Positions 14,704 to 25,600 of a DNA stretch of 64,000 nt are shown here, piece by piece. The notes beneath the pieces were generated by a model. That model searched no databases, was not told the DNA's origin, and worked only from the letters and a program-made list of their open reading frames with translations. Source of the stretch: Eledone cirrhosa. Its lineage: Eukaryota. A program made the translations under genes and the position numbers. The stretch's first letter is position 1, and every line of letters begins with the position of its first letter. The stretch is from contig OZ024744.1 in assembly GCA_964016885.1 (NCBI GenBank), forward strand, positions 53,816,001-53,880,000. Reading direction: 5' to 3'.

Positions 14704-15576
14704 GCAAAAAATGATGAACAATTGCAAGAGCTATTATCCACTGTGAAGCAGTTCAGTGATGACATTAAAATGGAGTTTGGACTAGATAAATGCGCCAAAG
14801 CAACGTCCACCAGAGAAAAGTTGCTGAGAAGTTCAGACATTAATCTTGATCGGGGGAATGTGATAACAGAACTTGATCAAGAGGAAACTTACAAATATCT
14901 AGGTGTTTGTGAAGGAGACGGAATGAAGCACTCAACAATGAGGGAAAGGATAAGGAAGCAATGTTACCGCAAGGTAAGAGCAATATTAAGAACGGAATTG
15001 AATGCAAGGAATAGAATCGATGCCATAAACACGCTTGCCATACCAGTAGTAACCTACAGTTACATTGTCATCAACTGGTCAAGCACAGAGATCCGTAGCC
15101 TCGATACAAAAATTAGAAAATTCTTAACCATGCACAGAATGCATCACCATAAGGCAGATAAAGATAGAATATATCTGCCTTGGAAAGAAGGAGGACGTGG
15201 ATTAATCCAGTTAGATATTGCGTTGAAAACTGCAACAATTGGATTATCTACATATCTAAGGGAATCACATGATTGGATGATCAAACTCGTTTTGAAACAC
15301 GAAAGCATCAAAAGACCATATTCCATTACAAAAGATGCACAAAGATACAGTAATGGACTACAAATTTCAGAAGTCCTATTTACTGCTGAAATGGAAAACA
15401 GAAAAAGCAAAGCAGGTAAAAGTAACTGCAAAGAAAGAACTGCTACAGAAACTGGCTAAGAAATGGCAAGAAAAGCCTCTGTATGGAAAATACTCTGAAA
15501 GAGCTAATAATTCTGATGAGGTCACTGGTTGTAACTTGGTGATAACTCGTATGAACATAAAGCAAGATAAATGCAA
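14704..15576 (+). mobile_element. R4/Dong family A copy, 5'-truncated with internal deletion
   Basis: Matches 4927-5580, then jumps at ~15518 to the 3'UTR equivalent of 6374-6431. Confidence 0.92.
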
Positions 15577-15577
15577 C

Positions 15578-15578
<1 letters not shown>

Positions 15579-15655
<77 letters not shown>
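15579..15655. repeat. (AAT)n spacer
   Basis: About 25 units between tail-to-tail elements. Confidence 0.98.
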
Positions 15656-15657
<2 letters not shown>

Positions 15658-15917
15658 TTTCTTTATTAACCACAAGGGTTTACATAAAGTAGACATTAAG
15701 GACAGTGCAGGACAATGCAGGACGGTACAAATGGGCATTTCTGCGTGTAAAAAAACAAAAACAGAGGATGTAACAAAAATAACAATGAAAATAACAATGA
15801 AAAATTCCCCAATAGGGGGGAGACTTCGGAGGGACATTTGTGGAGAAAGCCCAGTAAAAGGCCACAATGACCCTGACCACCAAGGCAAGTGCCCTCTCCC
15901 AGTTTTCCACCTTTAGT

Positions 15918-18900
15918 TTACAGATATATACTCAGAGTCGGCCCATTCACTCGGGCCATTCTTGCTTCTCTCACCCATCTTTCAACAAAATGCTGGGAAG
16001 AGAGCACTTCCTTCTCTACTCTGATTTTCCTTTTCAAATGAAATTTGAAAAAGTCAATCAGAGCATCACCGAAGAGGTAAGTGCTCGTCTTCAGCCCTTT
16101 CAAACGTGTCCACCATACTATCTCTTTCGCCATGGCCACCAGACAGATAAAAACTGCCTGCCCTTCCCGGCTAAAGGAGGAGGGCGGGGCAATCCTCACG
16201 ATAGACTCAGATGATAGCTGGATCCGTCCTAAACGCGACAGCAGGTGTTCGACATAAACCCACAAGTCAGCAATTTTCGGACACTGGACGAGTGCGTGCA
16301 GGACGGTTTCGTCGCCCTGCGCGCATCTCGGACATGCCCGGCTGACGGCACCTCCATGCCTGTAGAGTTTATCCCGAACTGGAAAGGCTCCTCGGTAGCA
16401 CTGCCAGGCCAGAGATTTCTGGAAGTTGTCCATAGGCCCTGGCCCGAAAGTTCTTCCGAAGAGATTGGCTAGTTGATTTTCGTCGACGCCTAGAGTTTCC
16501 CCAAGTACGTCGTCGCTCTTCCCCTCCACTAATCCTCTATAGAACGCCGAGGTGGAGTTTCCACCGATCACATTGCCCGATTGGTCGAGGGCTGTGAGCG
16601 CCTGAAGACATTCCAGTCTCCAGGCGCTCCCTCTCGGTCTTCGCTTGACCCAGGACTGCAGCTCCGTCAAGGAAACGAGCTGGGGAAAAACGCGTCTAGC
16701 AAACGGCGACCACACCTGATCACCGTCGAGGAAGAGGTGGAGATGTCGTAGCCTGAGCGCGTGCCTGCGCATCATCAGCCACGGCATGCCCAGCCCTCCA
16801 CGTAGCGGGTGTTGACAACAGATGGACCGCCTGACCATCGGAGCACGTCCCTTCCACAAAAAGCGAAAGAGCAAACGCTCCAGCGCAGTCAGGCGAGGCT
16901 TAGGACAAGGTACGACGGTTAGGCGGTAGCAGATGACAGACGCGATGTACGCGTTAGCCACCTCCGCTCGACCTTTCAGGGATAGCTTCCTCTCCGCCCA
17001 TTTCTGGGTGAGAGAAGCCACCCTGCTCGTCACCTCGTCCCAGTTTTTGTCCGTCTGGAGGTCCGGACCGAACCAGACCCCTAGCAATTTAACCGGTCCG
17101 TCCGTCCAGCGCCCGACGACGCTGTTGGAGCGCATGGACCTGCCTCTCCAGGTGCCGAGCTGCAGGCTCACTGACTTTTCCTGGTTGATCATTGCTCCTG
17201 TCACCGCTTCGTATTCTCTTAGTGTAGTGCCGATCGCCTCGATGTGTTTGGCGTTCGACACCACTACGGTGACATCGTCCGCATATGCTGACACGGATCT
17301 TCCGCATCCTAGTTCGCGCGGGACTCCCCTCAACGTCTCCAGTTTGTGCAGTAATGGCTCGAGAGTCAATACGTACAAGAGGGACGAGAGGGGACATCCT
17401 TGGCGGACCGAGCGCATGATGTTGAACGGTTCCGACAGGTGACCGTTCACTCTCACCACAGAGCAGATGTCGCTGTGCATGGCAGCGATCCAGCCTCTGA
17501 AGACGGGCCCAAAGCCAGCCGCCCTCAGGACTGCCGCTAGGTAACGATGGTCGACCCTATCGAAAGCTTTCGACTGATCTAAATTGATCAAGGACCCACC
17601 CGTGCCAGGTTCCCTAGCTACCCTCTCTACGATGTATCGCATGAGGTGGAGGTTGTCGTGGATGGATCTGTCGGGAATGGCGCATGTCTGCGCCTCTCCC
17701 ACCAGACAACCGACGACAAGCGCCAACCTCTTTGCTAGCACCTTGGCCAAAATCTTAAACTCTGTGTTTAGCAGAGTTATGGGCCGGAAATTGTCTATGT
17801 TATCCCCCTTGTTCGGATCCTTTCTCAGCAGTGCCACCGCTCCTCGGCTCACAGAACTGGGAATTCTCCCGTTCTGTTGCCAGTTGCAGTAGACGTCCGC
17901 CAAGAGGCCTCCGAACAAGTCTGGCATCTGTACGTAAAGTTCATAGGGCAGACCATCCAAACCAGGCGATTTACCCCTTGTGCAGCCAGTCATTGCCTCT
18001 CTTACTTCAGCGGCTGTTATCGGCTTTTCGCAACACTTCGCCTCAGTGGCCGAGAGCCGCGGCAGTCCGTCGAGGTAGACACTAAAGTCCATCCCTCTAC
18101 CCGGCCCACCGCTGCCCCCGAACAGCTGAGCGAAGTGTCGCTGAAAAGCTTCACACATTTGCCCGGGATCGAGTAGCATGCGCCCGTCGTGGTCCACCAA
18201 AGACCGGATCGTGGCTTTGTTGCCACGACGCGCCTCCGCCACTCGGGCCCATTGAACGGCTTTCGTCCCCTCGTGTCTGAGAGCACGCACCCTTGCTCTG
18301 ACAACGCAGCCTTCGTGCTTTGCATTGAAGAATTGGTCAAGGGCCAATTTCGCCGCAAGCACGTCGGTCGCAATGCCTTTGCTAAGCGCCTCGTCTAATT
18401 TTCTAACTAGTTCTTCCTCTGCTCTATTTTTCTCTATTGCTAAAGCCTTACTAAATCTAATCGATTCTATTCTAATCGCTCTTTTCAGAGCAAACCACCA
18501 CTTGTTGTTGACGATGGCCCCCGTCAACGCCCGCTTAACTAGTTCGCTAATCCGGTCTCTGTAGGCCTTGCGCGCTGGTAAGGACGCGTTTAGCTTCCAG
18601 TAGCCGGGTCCTCGTCTATGAAGCCTATCTAAGTCAAGCACACAGATCACGAATTTGTGGTCCGTGTAGCTGACTATCTTGAATTGTGGACAGCCTATGC
18701 TAGACCTATCTATTTCCCTACAAAATACTCTATCTAGATATGATCTGGATGACCCTATGCGGTTTGTCCAAGTCCACATTGGCACATTCGGGAAATCCAA
18801 TCGGTACCTGTCAGACAGTTCAAAAAGCCTGAGCAGGTTGGTGAGGCTCTTGCACCCTCCACCCCTATCCGCTAATCCCACACAGTCCCAGCGTGCATCT

Positions 18901-19337
18901 AAGATCCCGTTCCAGTCGCCCACTAACAATAAAGAGCGGGACGTTCCAAGAAAGGTCTCCAGACGCCGGAAGAAATCAGGCCGCCCTGCTCCTGTCGGGG
19001 CATAGACGGCCACTAGCCTGAAAGCTTGCCCGTCTCCGCTGGTCACGTCCAGCACCACCAGCTTACCCTCTGGGTCCAGGAAGATGGCCCGTATGGCGAG
19101 ATCCAAACCTCTCCGAAAAAGCACAGCAACTCCTCCACCCGATCCAGGACGGCTGGGAGATGCGTACACATCGTAGCCGCCGAAGATCGGTGCGAAGGCC
19201 CGTGCTTCGGAGATTCTGGTCTCGCTGATGGCCACTACATCTATGTTTAGTGACCTGAGGTCGTTGAGCAGGTGACCCTGCTTCCATGACGACCCCAAGC
19301 CACGCGCATTTATGCTGCCTATTCTGAGTGAGGTCAT
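15918..19337 (-). CDS. Tx1-2 ORF2, 1139 aa APE-RT-CCHC
   Basis: GSINARG, ISETR, YAP, GDWN, YTDH; PGLDG, DQSKAFD, QGCPLS, YADD; CPRC..HALVQC; no stops. Confidence 0.96.
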   Translation of the reverse strand: MTSLRIGSINARGLGSSWKQGHLLNDLRSLNIDVVAISETRISEARAFAPIFGGYDVYASPSRPGSGGGVAVLFRRGLDLAIRAIFLDPEGKLVVLDVTSGDGQAFRLVAVYAPTGAGRPDFFRRLETFLGTSRSLLLVGDWNGILDARWDCVGLADRGGGCKSLTNLLRLFELSDRYRLDFPNVPMWTWTNRIGSSRSYLDRVFCREIDRSSIGCPQFKIVSYTDHKFVICVLDLDRLHRRGPGYWKLNASLPARKAYRDRISELVKRALTGAIVNNKWWFALKRAIRIESIRFSKALAIEKNRAEEELVRKLDEALSKGIATDVLAAKLALDQFFNAKHEGCVVRARVRALRHEGTKAVQWARVAEARRGNKATIRSLVDHDGRMLLDPGQMCEAFQRHFAQLFGGSGGPGRGMDFSVYLDGLPRLSATEAKCCEKPITAAEVREAMTGCTRGKSPGLDGLPYELYVQMPDLFGGLLADVYCNWQQNGRIPSSVSRGAVALLRKDPNKGDNIDNFRPITLLNTEFKILAKVLAKRLALVVGCLVGEAQTCAIPDRSIHDNLHLMRYIVERVAREPGTGGSLINLDQSKAFDRVDHRYLAAVLRAAGFGPVFRGWIAAMHSDICSVVRVNGHLSEPFNIMRSVRQGCPLSSLLYVLTLEPLLHKLETLRGVPRELGCGRSVSAYADDVTVVVSNAKHIEAIGTTLREYEAVTGAMINQEKSVSLQLGTWRGRSMRSNSVVGRWTDGPVKLLGVWFGPDLQTDKNWDEVTSRVASLTQKWAERKLSLKGRAEVANAYIASVICYRLTVVPCPKPRLTALERLLFRFLWKGRAPMVRRSICCQHPLRGGLGMPWLMMRRHALRLRHLHLFLDGDQVWSPFARRVFPQLVSLTELQSWVKRRPRGSAWRLECLQALTALDQSGNVIGGNSTSAFYRGLVEGKSDDVLGETLGVDENQLANLFGRTFGPGPMDNFQKSLAWQCYRGAFPVRDKLYRHGGAVSRACPRCAQGDETVLHALVQCPKIADLWVYVEHLLSRLGRIQLSSESIVRIAPPSSFSREGQAVFICLVAMAKEIVWWTRLKGLKTSTYLFGDALIDFFKFHLKRKIRVEKEVLSSQHFVERWVREARMARVNGPTLSIYL

Positions 19338-19372
19338 GTTTAAAATAGAGTGGAAAAGATGGGAAAGACCAC

Positions 19373-21466
19373 TTACCGTACTTTTGGTAGAGGAGGGATG
19401 GTTTTTACATCCCTTTTCACTTGATCGTCTGGTGAAGGGACCGTTGAATCGTCCCTTCGGCTGGTCGTCGGCTCTTCTAAGAGAATGTCTGAGTATACTC
19501 TTCGATTGATGGTTCCTCCTAGGTCCCTGAAATCACCAACTGCGTTGGGGAATTTCGTTTTAATGTTTGTGTATTGTTTCTGTGCTATTTTTAGCAGTCT
19601 TATGTTAGTTGGCGTTTTGATTGGTGCTGGTATTATGTAGTCCTGTTGTGAAATGTCTGTGTGTTCAATTATGTAAGTCATTAGTTTCTTGTTGTGTGTG
19701 TTTATTGCCGTGCATTTGTTTTTCTGGGGGTGGGGTGTGGTTCTGCTATTTTCTTGTCGTTGTTGCTGGGTGTGTGTGTTTTGTTGTTGTGTTTGCGATG
19801 TTGGTGCTTGTGGTGGTGGTGTTGAAGGTGTTGTTGGCGGTGGGGTTGTCGCCGGTGGTGATGGTGGTGCTGGTGTGGGTGGTGATGGTGTTGGTGGTGT
19901 TGCTGCTGTGGGTCTCTTTGCAGTAGACTTTACCCTTTTCTCATTTCTTTCCTCCCTTTTCAAAGGCGACGATGCGCTGCTTCTGCGTTTGTGCCTTCTT
20001 GCGACCTTTTGCCATCCCTCTCCCACCTCACACTCCATGTCTGATTCTGTAAGGTCGGGGAGGGGTACCAGCTCCACTCTTTCACTTGTTGTTGTTGGTG
20101 ATGTTTGCACTGGAGTCTCTGTTGCAGCTGCATTTGGTATTGCTGTTGTTGTTGTTAATATTTCCACTGCTGCTGCTGTCTTTGATTTCCGTGGAGTGGG
20201 TATGGGTGCCACGGACCTATCGTTCCTGGTTGCCGCTTGTCCTGTTGCTGGTAGCCGTGGAGCCGGATTCGGAAGGAGGGGGGTTTTCTCCTTTCTCAGG
20301 GTCTTCTCGTTGCAGAAGGCCCTGAGGTGAGTCTTCGATCCACAGCGAAAGCATTTCGGGCGTTTGCCCTCAACACTTATGGGCAGTTGAGTGCCGTTAT
20401 CGAAGTCTATCACATCCGGGATAGCTTCGATGCACTCCTGGTTGGTTTGGATTAGCATCTCAATGGAGGAGCCGACCCAATCTTCTCTTACTTTTTTCTG
20501 TACTTGCAGTACAGTTGTTTTGTCCTCGATTCCGACGAGGACAGACGCGGCCAGCCAAGAAGGGGTCATTCCGGGGGGGACGTGGGTCAGTTTGACCCTC
20601 ACAATTTTTTGCCCGCAGTAGGAGGGCACCAACACCATTTCCTCGCTCCTTAGGGTCACTACTGATTGGGCCTTTGCCTCCTGGGGTGTGGCAAAAAGTA
20701 CGTCTACGGTGGCGTATTTTTTGCCTCGGGTGATGTGCGTTTTCCTCTGCCACACAGACCCCAAGGCTTTTTGTATTTGGGCCTCTGTGGCTCTTTCCAC
20801 CCTACGGGATTTTGTACTTACTGTACGGTACGTGACCGTACAGTGCTCTTGGGTTTCGAAAAAATTTTTCGCTGCCTTGCAGATTGCTCGGTGTCCGTTC
20901 TTTGTCACCATCTTCTTCGCTTCCTCTAATTCCTCATTTGTTATGAGGATTGTTTCCAAGTTTTTCGCAATACCTGCAAATGAGATTGGTTTTTCTCTGC
21001 TGTTGTTGTTGTCGTCAGAGCTGCTGGTACTTTTGTTGCTGCAGGTACTACGACTACTGCCTCCGCCGCTGTTGCTGTGGTTGTTGTTGGTGTTGCTGCT
21101 GCTAATGCTGTTGTTGTTTATGCTGCTGGTGATGCTGTTGGGGCTGCTACTGTTGTTTTCATTGTCACTGTTGCTGTTGTTATTACGGCTGCTACTGCTA
21201 TTATTCCTGACGTCAGACGAATGAACTGGGTTTTCGTATTTCCCGCACACCTGTTTCGTCGCTGTCGTCGTCGTCGTGGAGAAACCTTGCACGCTTTGCA
21301 CGAGACTTTTCTTTTCTTTCGTCGCTTGCGAAAGAGAAGGGAGGGAGAGAGACACATTTAAAGAAGGGAGGGAGAGAGACAATATTCTCTCTGCTGTAGT
21401 GATGATTGAGGAAGAAGAAGACGGAATGAGTGGGAGTGAGGTATGAAATTTCTTTTTCGTAGCCAT
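19373..21466 (-). CDS. Tx1-2 ORF1, 697 aa zinc-knuckle nucleic-acid-binding protein
   Basis: CFRCGSKTHLRAFC; SFAGI and WQKVARR motifs; S/N and P/T low-complexity tracts; lies directly upstream of ORF2. Confidence 0.9.
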   Translation of the reverse strand: MATKKKFHTSLPLIPSSSSSIITTAERILSLSLPSLNVSLSLPSLSQATKEKKSLVQSVQGFSTTTTTATKQVCGKYENPVHSSDVRNNSSSSRNNNSNSDNENNSSSPNSITSSINNNSISSSNTNNNHSNSGGGSSRSTCSNKSTSSSDDNNNSREKPISFAGIAKNLETILITNEELEEAKKMVTKNGHRAICKAAKNFFETQEHCTVTYRTVSTKSRRVERATEAQIQKALGSVWQRKTHITRGKKYATVDVLFATPQEAKAQSVVTLRSEEMVLVPSYCGQKIVRVKLTHVPPGMTPSWLAASVLVGIEDKTTVLQVQKKVREDWVGSSIEMLIQTNQECIEAIPDVIDFDNGTQLPISVEGKRPKCFRCGSKTHLRAFCNEKTLRKEKTPLLPNPAPRLPATGQAATRNDRSVAPIPTPRKSKTAAAVEILTTTTAIPNAAATETPVQTSPTTTSERVELVPLPDLTESDMECEVGEGWQKVARRHKRRSSASSPLKREERNEKRVKSTAKRPTAATPPTPSPPTPAPPSPPATTPPPTTPSTPPPQAPTSQTQQQNTHTQQQRQENSRTTPHPQKNKCTAINTHNKKLMTYIIEHTDISQQDYIIPAPIKTPTNIRLLKIAQKQYTNIKTKFPNAVGDFRDLGGTINRRVYSDILLEEPTTSRRDDSTVPSPDDQVKRDVKTIPPLPKVR

Positions 21467-21705
21467 GTTGTTTTTTGTTTAAAATGAATATTGGGTACAA
21501 AACCCCAATAACTGGTTATTTAACCCCGAAGGGCCAAATAACGGACAGAAAGACCCCTCTCACGAGGAGGAGGGTGTCTTTATCAACAATTTGGTTCAAG
21601 TTTTAAACAATTTACAATTGTTTTAACGGTTAAAAATTACTATACCTTACAGAGCCGAGCCTCCGTCAACCATGGCATTCAATAATAATAATAATAATAA
21701 TAATA

Positions 21706-22027
21706 ACACGAGAGTGCAAGAGAAGGAGAGGGAGAAAATTAACCGATACCAGGACCTAAAGTGGGAGGTGAAAAGGATTTGGAACTGCCATGAAGTCAAA
21801 GTGATCCTGATTGTCATAGGCGCACTGGGGACTATCTCCAAAAGTTTCCAGGGATGGTTAAAGAAAATCGGCCCCTTCACGCTTTTTGGAACGCTTCAAA
21901 AGGCATGCTTGCTTGGAACAGCAAGAACCCTCCGATACGTCCTGAATATCTGAGGCTGCAGGTAGTGGCTTGATATTCAATCCAACGGACTTTCCAGTTA
22001 ACCAACATCAATGACTGAGATTCAAGG
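21706..22027 (+). mobile_element. R4/Dong family B, 3' fragment
   Basis: Near-identical to 26883-27204; AAT flanks. Confidence 0.93.
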
Positions 22028-22054
22028 AATAACAACAATAATAATAATAATAAT

Positions 22055-22637
22055 GATTTCTTTATTAACCACAAGGGTTTACATAAAGTAGACATTAAGC
22101 ACAGTGCAGGACAATGCAGGACGGTACAAATGGGCATTTCTGCGTGTAAAAAACAAAAACAGAGGATGTAACAAAAAATAACAATGAAAAATTCCCCAAT
22201 AGGAGGGAGACTTCGGAGGGACATTTGTGGAGAAAGCCCAGTAAAAAGCCACAATGACCCTGACCACCAAGGCAAGTGCCCTCTCCCAGTTTTCCACCTT
22301 TAATTTACAGATATATACTCAGAGTAGGCCCATTCACTCGGGCCATTCTTGCTTCTCTCACCCATCTTTCAACAAAATGCTGGGAAGAGAGCACTTCCCT
22401 CTCTACTCTGATTTTCCTTTTCAAATGAAATTTGAAAAAGTCAATCAGAGCATCACCGAAGAGGTAAGTGCTCGTCTTCAGCCCTTTCAAACGTGTCCAC
22501 CATACTATCTCTTTCGCCATGGCCACCAGACAGATAAAAACTGCCTGCCCTTCCCGGCTAAAGGAGGAGGGCGGGGCAATCCTCACGATGGACTCAGATG
22601 ATAGCCGGATCCGTCCTAAACACGACAGCAGGTGTTC

Positions 22638-22639
<2 letters not shown>
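22055..22639 (-). mobile_element. Tx1-2 3' fragment (5'-truncated independent insertion)
   Basis: Near-identical to 15656-16252; AAT repeats on both sides. Confidence 0.94.
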
Positions 22640-22688
<49 letters not shown>

Positions 22689-25600
22689 GGGAAGAAGGCG
22701 CACGAGGTGACGGAGGTCATGAAATCGCTCCCGTAAGTTTTGAATTTTTAACATATTTAAATCATTTGTGAAATAACAACTCTTAGTACAAATGCTACGT
22801 AAAGCACCCGGCTTGAGCCCCAAAAATTCGGACCCAAAATATATTGTTATAAGGCTCAAATATCCAAATATTCAACTTTGTATTGTACACTGTATATCCA
22901 AAAAAGAAAATGGCTATAAATGGAAGAAGAACCCCCCCCCCTCCTCTCCTCTGGCTACACTATATAGGACAGCCAAATTCACCAACACCAGAAACTAGAT
23001 ACACCACCCACCCCATCATCTGTGTACACTAAACACAACAGCCAGATAACGGCATTTTCACCCTCACCGCCACCGCTCACTACGGCCATCATTACCACCA
23101 CTATCCCATCACCGCCGCCACCACCCCTTGACTCCTTCACTACTGCCACCGCTACAGCACCATCACTACAGTAATACGGTCACATCACCGCCACCACTGC
23201 CTCGGTATCGACATCACCACCACCACTGTCTCAGTATCGCTACCGCCGCCAGTCTCCCACTCCTCCCTGCTGGCTGCTACTTCCACATTATAGAATTCCT
23301 ACTACTAACAAAGAGGAAGACATCAAAATATATAGATAGACTCAAAAGAAAAAAGAAAAAACAAACAACAAAACCAAAGCAGCACAGCAACAACAGCAAA
23401 AACGAGAAAAACAAACAGAGAAAAACAAAAACAAAAAAAGAAACCCCAAAAACGTAAAGAAAATAAGAATGAAGAGAGAAGCAGGCGGACGGACAGAGAA
23501 GAGGGGGGAAAAAGTAAAACTTAAAAAACAAAAACTAAGTCAGACATTCGAACACTACATTACAATGAAACTTATGCTTATTCATTTTTGGGGCCCTTTC
23601 TGCCTGTGTGTTTGTTTGTTTATGTGTGTTCGTATACAGCGTGGTGATAATGCCACACAAGGGCCAAGTGGGATGGCGGATCCACAGATGGATATGTAAC
23701 CATACATTCGCCAATCCTCGATAAGAGTGTTTAAATATCGAACATAAACAGTTCGAATAATGGTGAAATGGAGACTAGAATGTCATGTGACAGACTCTCA
23801 CCCAACAGGTGCCCCCTGGCTCAGCAGCAGGAACCTGACTGTCAACCAAATACTGCTGATGTTGGAGGAAGAAGAAGAAGGAAAGGGGCCAGAACCAACT
23901 GGACGAAAGAATTGAATAGAAATGTTATGCAATGCTAACTGAAAAGTAACCCCAAGGAGAGGGGCTACAGAAGACGGATGCATAACATCTGGAACGAGAT
24001 TGGTTTATTTAAATTAGATGAACAAAAATTGGAGTGGATAAGCGAGCTGGAGCTGGAGGAACTGAGCAGAGAGAATGGCTTGGAGATGGCGGGTGTAGTA
24101 TGCCAGACAAGCGAGCCAGTGGGAAATGAAGGTGAAGAGGTCCTGAGAACGGAGGAACCACCCGAAGCAGACAATGATCTGAATACTGAGATAAATAATA
24201 CCTGGAACAGAGATACGGCCACTGAGAAGATGAATGCTGACGGGCTAGGACAAGATTCGGTTGACATCCTAAATTTAGTGGTAGATGAATTGAACAATGA
24301 TAGTGGGAGACCTATGAACCTAAGATTTGTAGACAGGAAAAAGTTAAAAGAAACAACAGCTAAGGTAAACAAAGTCATCCCATACCTTGAGGCGAGGAGC
24401 CTTCACCAGTGCAACAATATCCTCAAAGCAACAGCAAATACGGTGAGGAAACTACTTGGTATAAAAGCGAGAGGAAACAACAGACAAGAAAGAGCAGAGC
24501 CGTGGTGGAAGAAGCGACTGAGTGGGCAAATCGGGGAAATGAGGAATGACATAGGAAAGCTTGAGTCACTACTGAATGGGACACTAAAAAACATAGGCAC
24601 TAAAAATAGACTGGAAATAAAATACAAAACTAGGAGTAAAAAGCTAAATATTATCATAGAGGAATTGAAGCAACGCATTGTAGCAAAGAGTGCAAAAATC
24701 AGGCGATACGAGAACAGAGTCAGTCAGTATAAACAGAACCGCATGTTCGACAACAACCAGAAGATGCTGTTTGGACAGCTTGAGGGGAAAGAAAGAGGCA
24801 ACGACTTGATCTCTGGGGCGGAACAAACTAAAACATTCTGGAGAGGAATATGGGAGCAGGATGTTAGACACAATGCCCAGGCAGGGTGGATTGAGACAGT
24901 ACAGAGGGAGATCGGTGAGCAGGCACAACAACAAACTGATTTGAGTATCACAGTTGAAACTCTTAAGGGGCAAGCCAAAAAACTAACCAACTGGAAATCA
25001 CCAGGCCCAGATGGTGTGCAGGGGTATTGGATTAAACATTTAACATCCCTCCACCCGAAGCTGACGGCCATGTTCAATGACTGCTTGGTGTCGGGTGAGG
25101 TGCCAGAGTGGTTGACAAAAGGTACCACAGTTCTGATAATGAAAGACCGAATCAAGGGTAATGATGTTACCAACTATAGACCTATCACATGTCTGTCCGT
25201 AATGTGGAAACTGTTGACGAGCATTGTGTCTGAGGAAATCTACCATCACCTCCACACAAACAACTTGTTACCGGACGAACAGAAAGGATGCCGAAAGAAG
25301 TCACGTGGTACAAAGGACCAGTTACTTATTGATAAGATGGTAATGGGGAATTGCAGGAGGAGACACACTGATCTTGCCATGGGATGGATAAACTACAGAA
25401 AGGCATTTGACATGGTGCCTCATTCCTGGATCACCAAAAGCCTGGAGATCTTCAGGGTGGCAGATAACATCAGACAGTTGCTAGGCAGGAGTATGGGGTC
25501 CTGGGAGACAGAGTTGACATCAACTGGAGTATCCTTGGGAAGCGTGAAGATCAAGAGAGGTATCTTCCAGGGAGATAGCCTGTCCCCTCTGTTGTTTGTC

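Larger units (their letters stand above)
15656..21680 (-). mobile_element. Full-length intact L1/Tx1-clade element (Tx1-2) inserted in (ATT)n
   Basis: Two uninterrupted ORFs; 3' end AATAAAGAAATC; AAT repeats abut both ends. Confidence 0.96.

Noticed and set aside
15513-15525. Family A internal deletion as a spliced intron
   Set aside because: No register of the junction gives GT...AG
22689-23735. HDV-like ribozyme at Dong/Tx1 5' ends
   Set aside because: Could not build the P1/P2/P3/P1.1 nested pseudoknot by eye; needs a descriptor search
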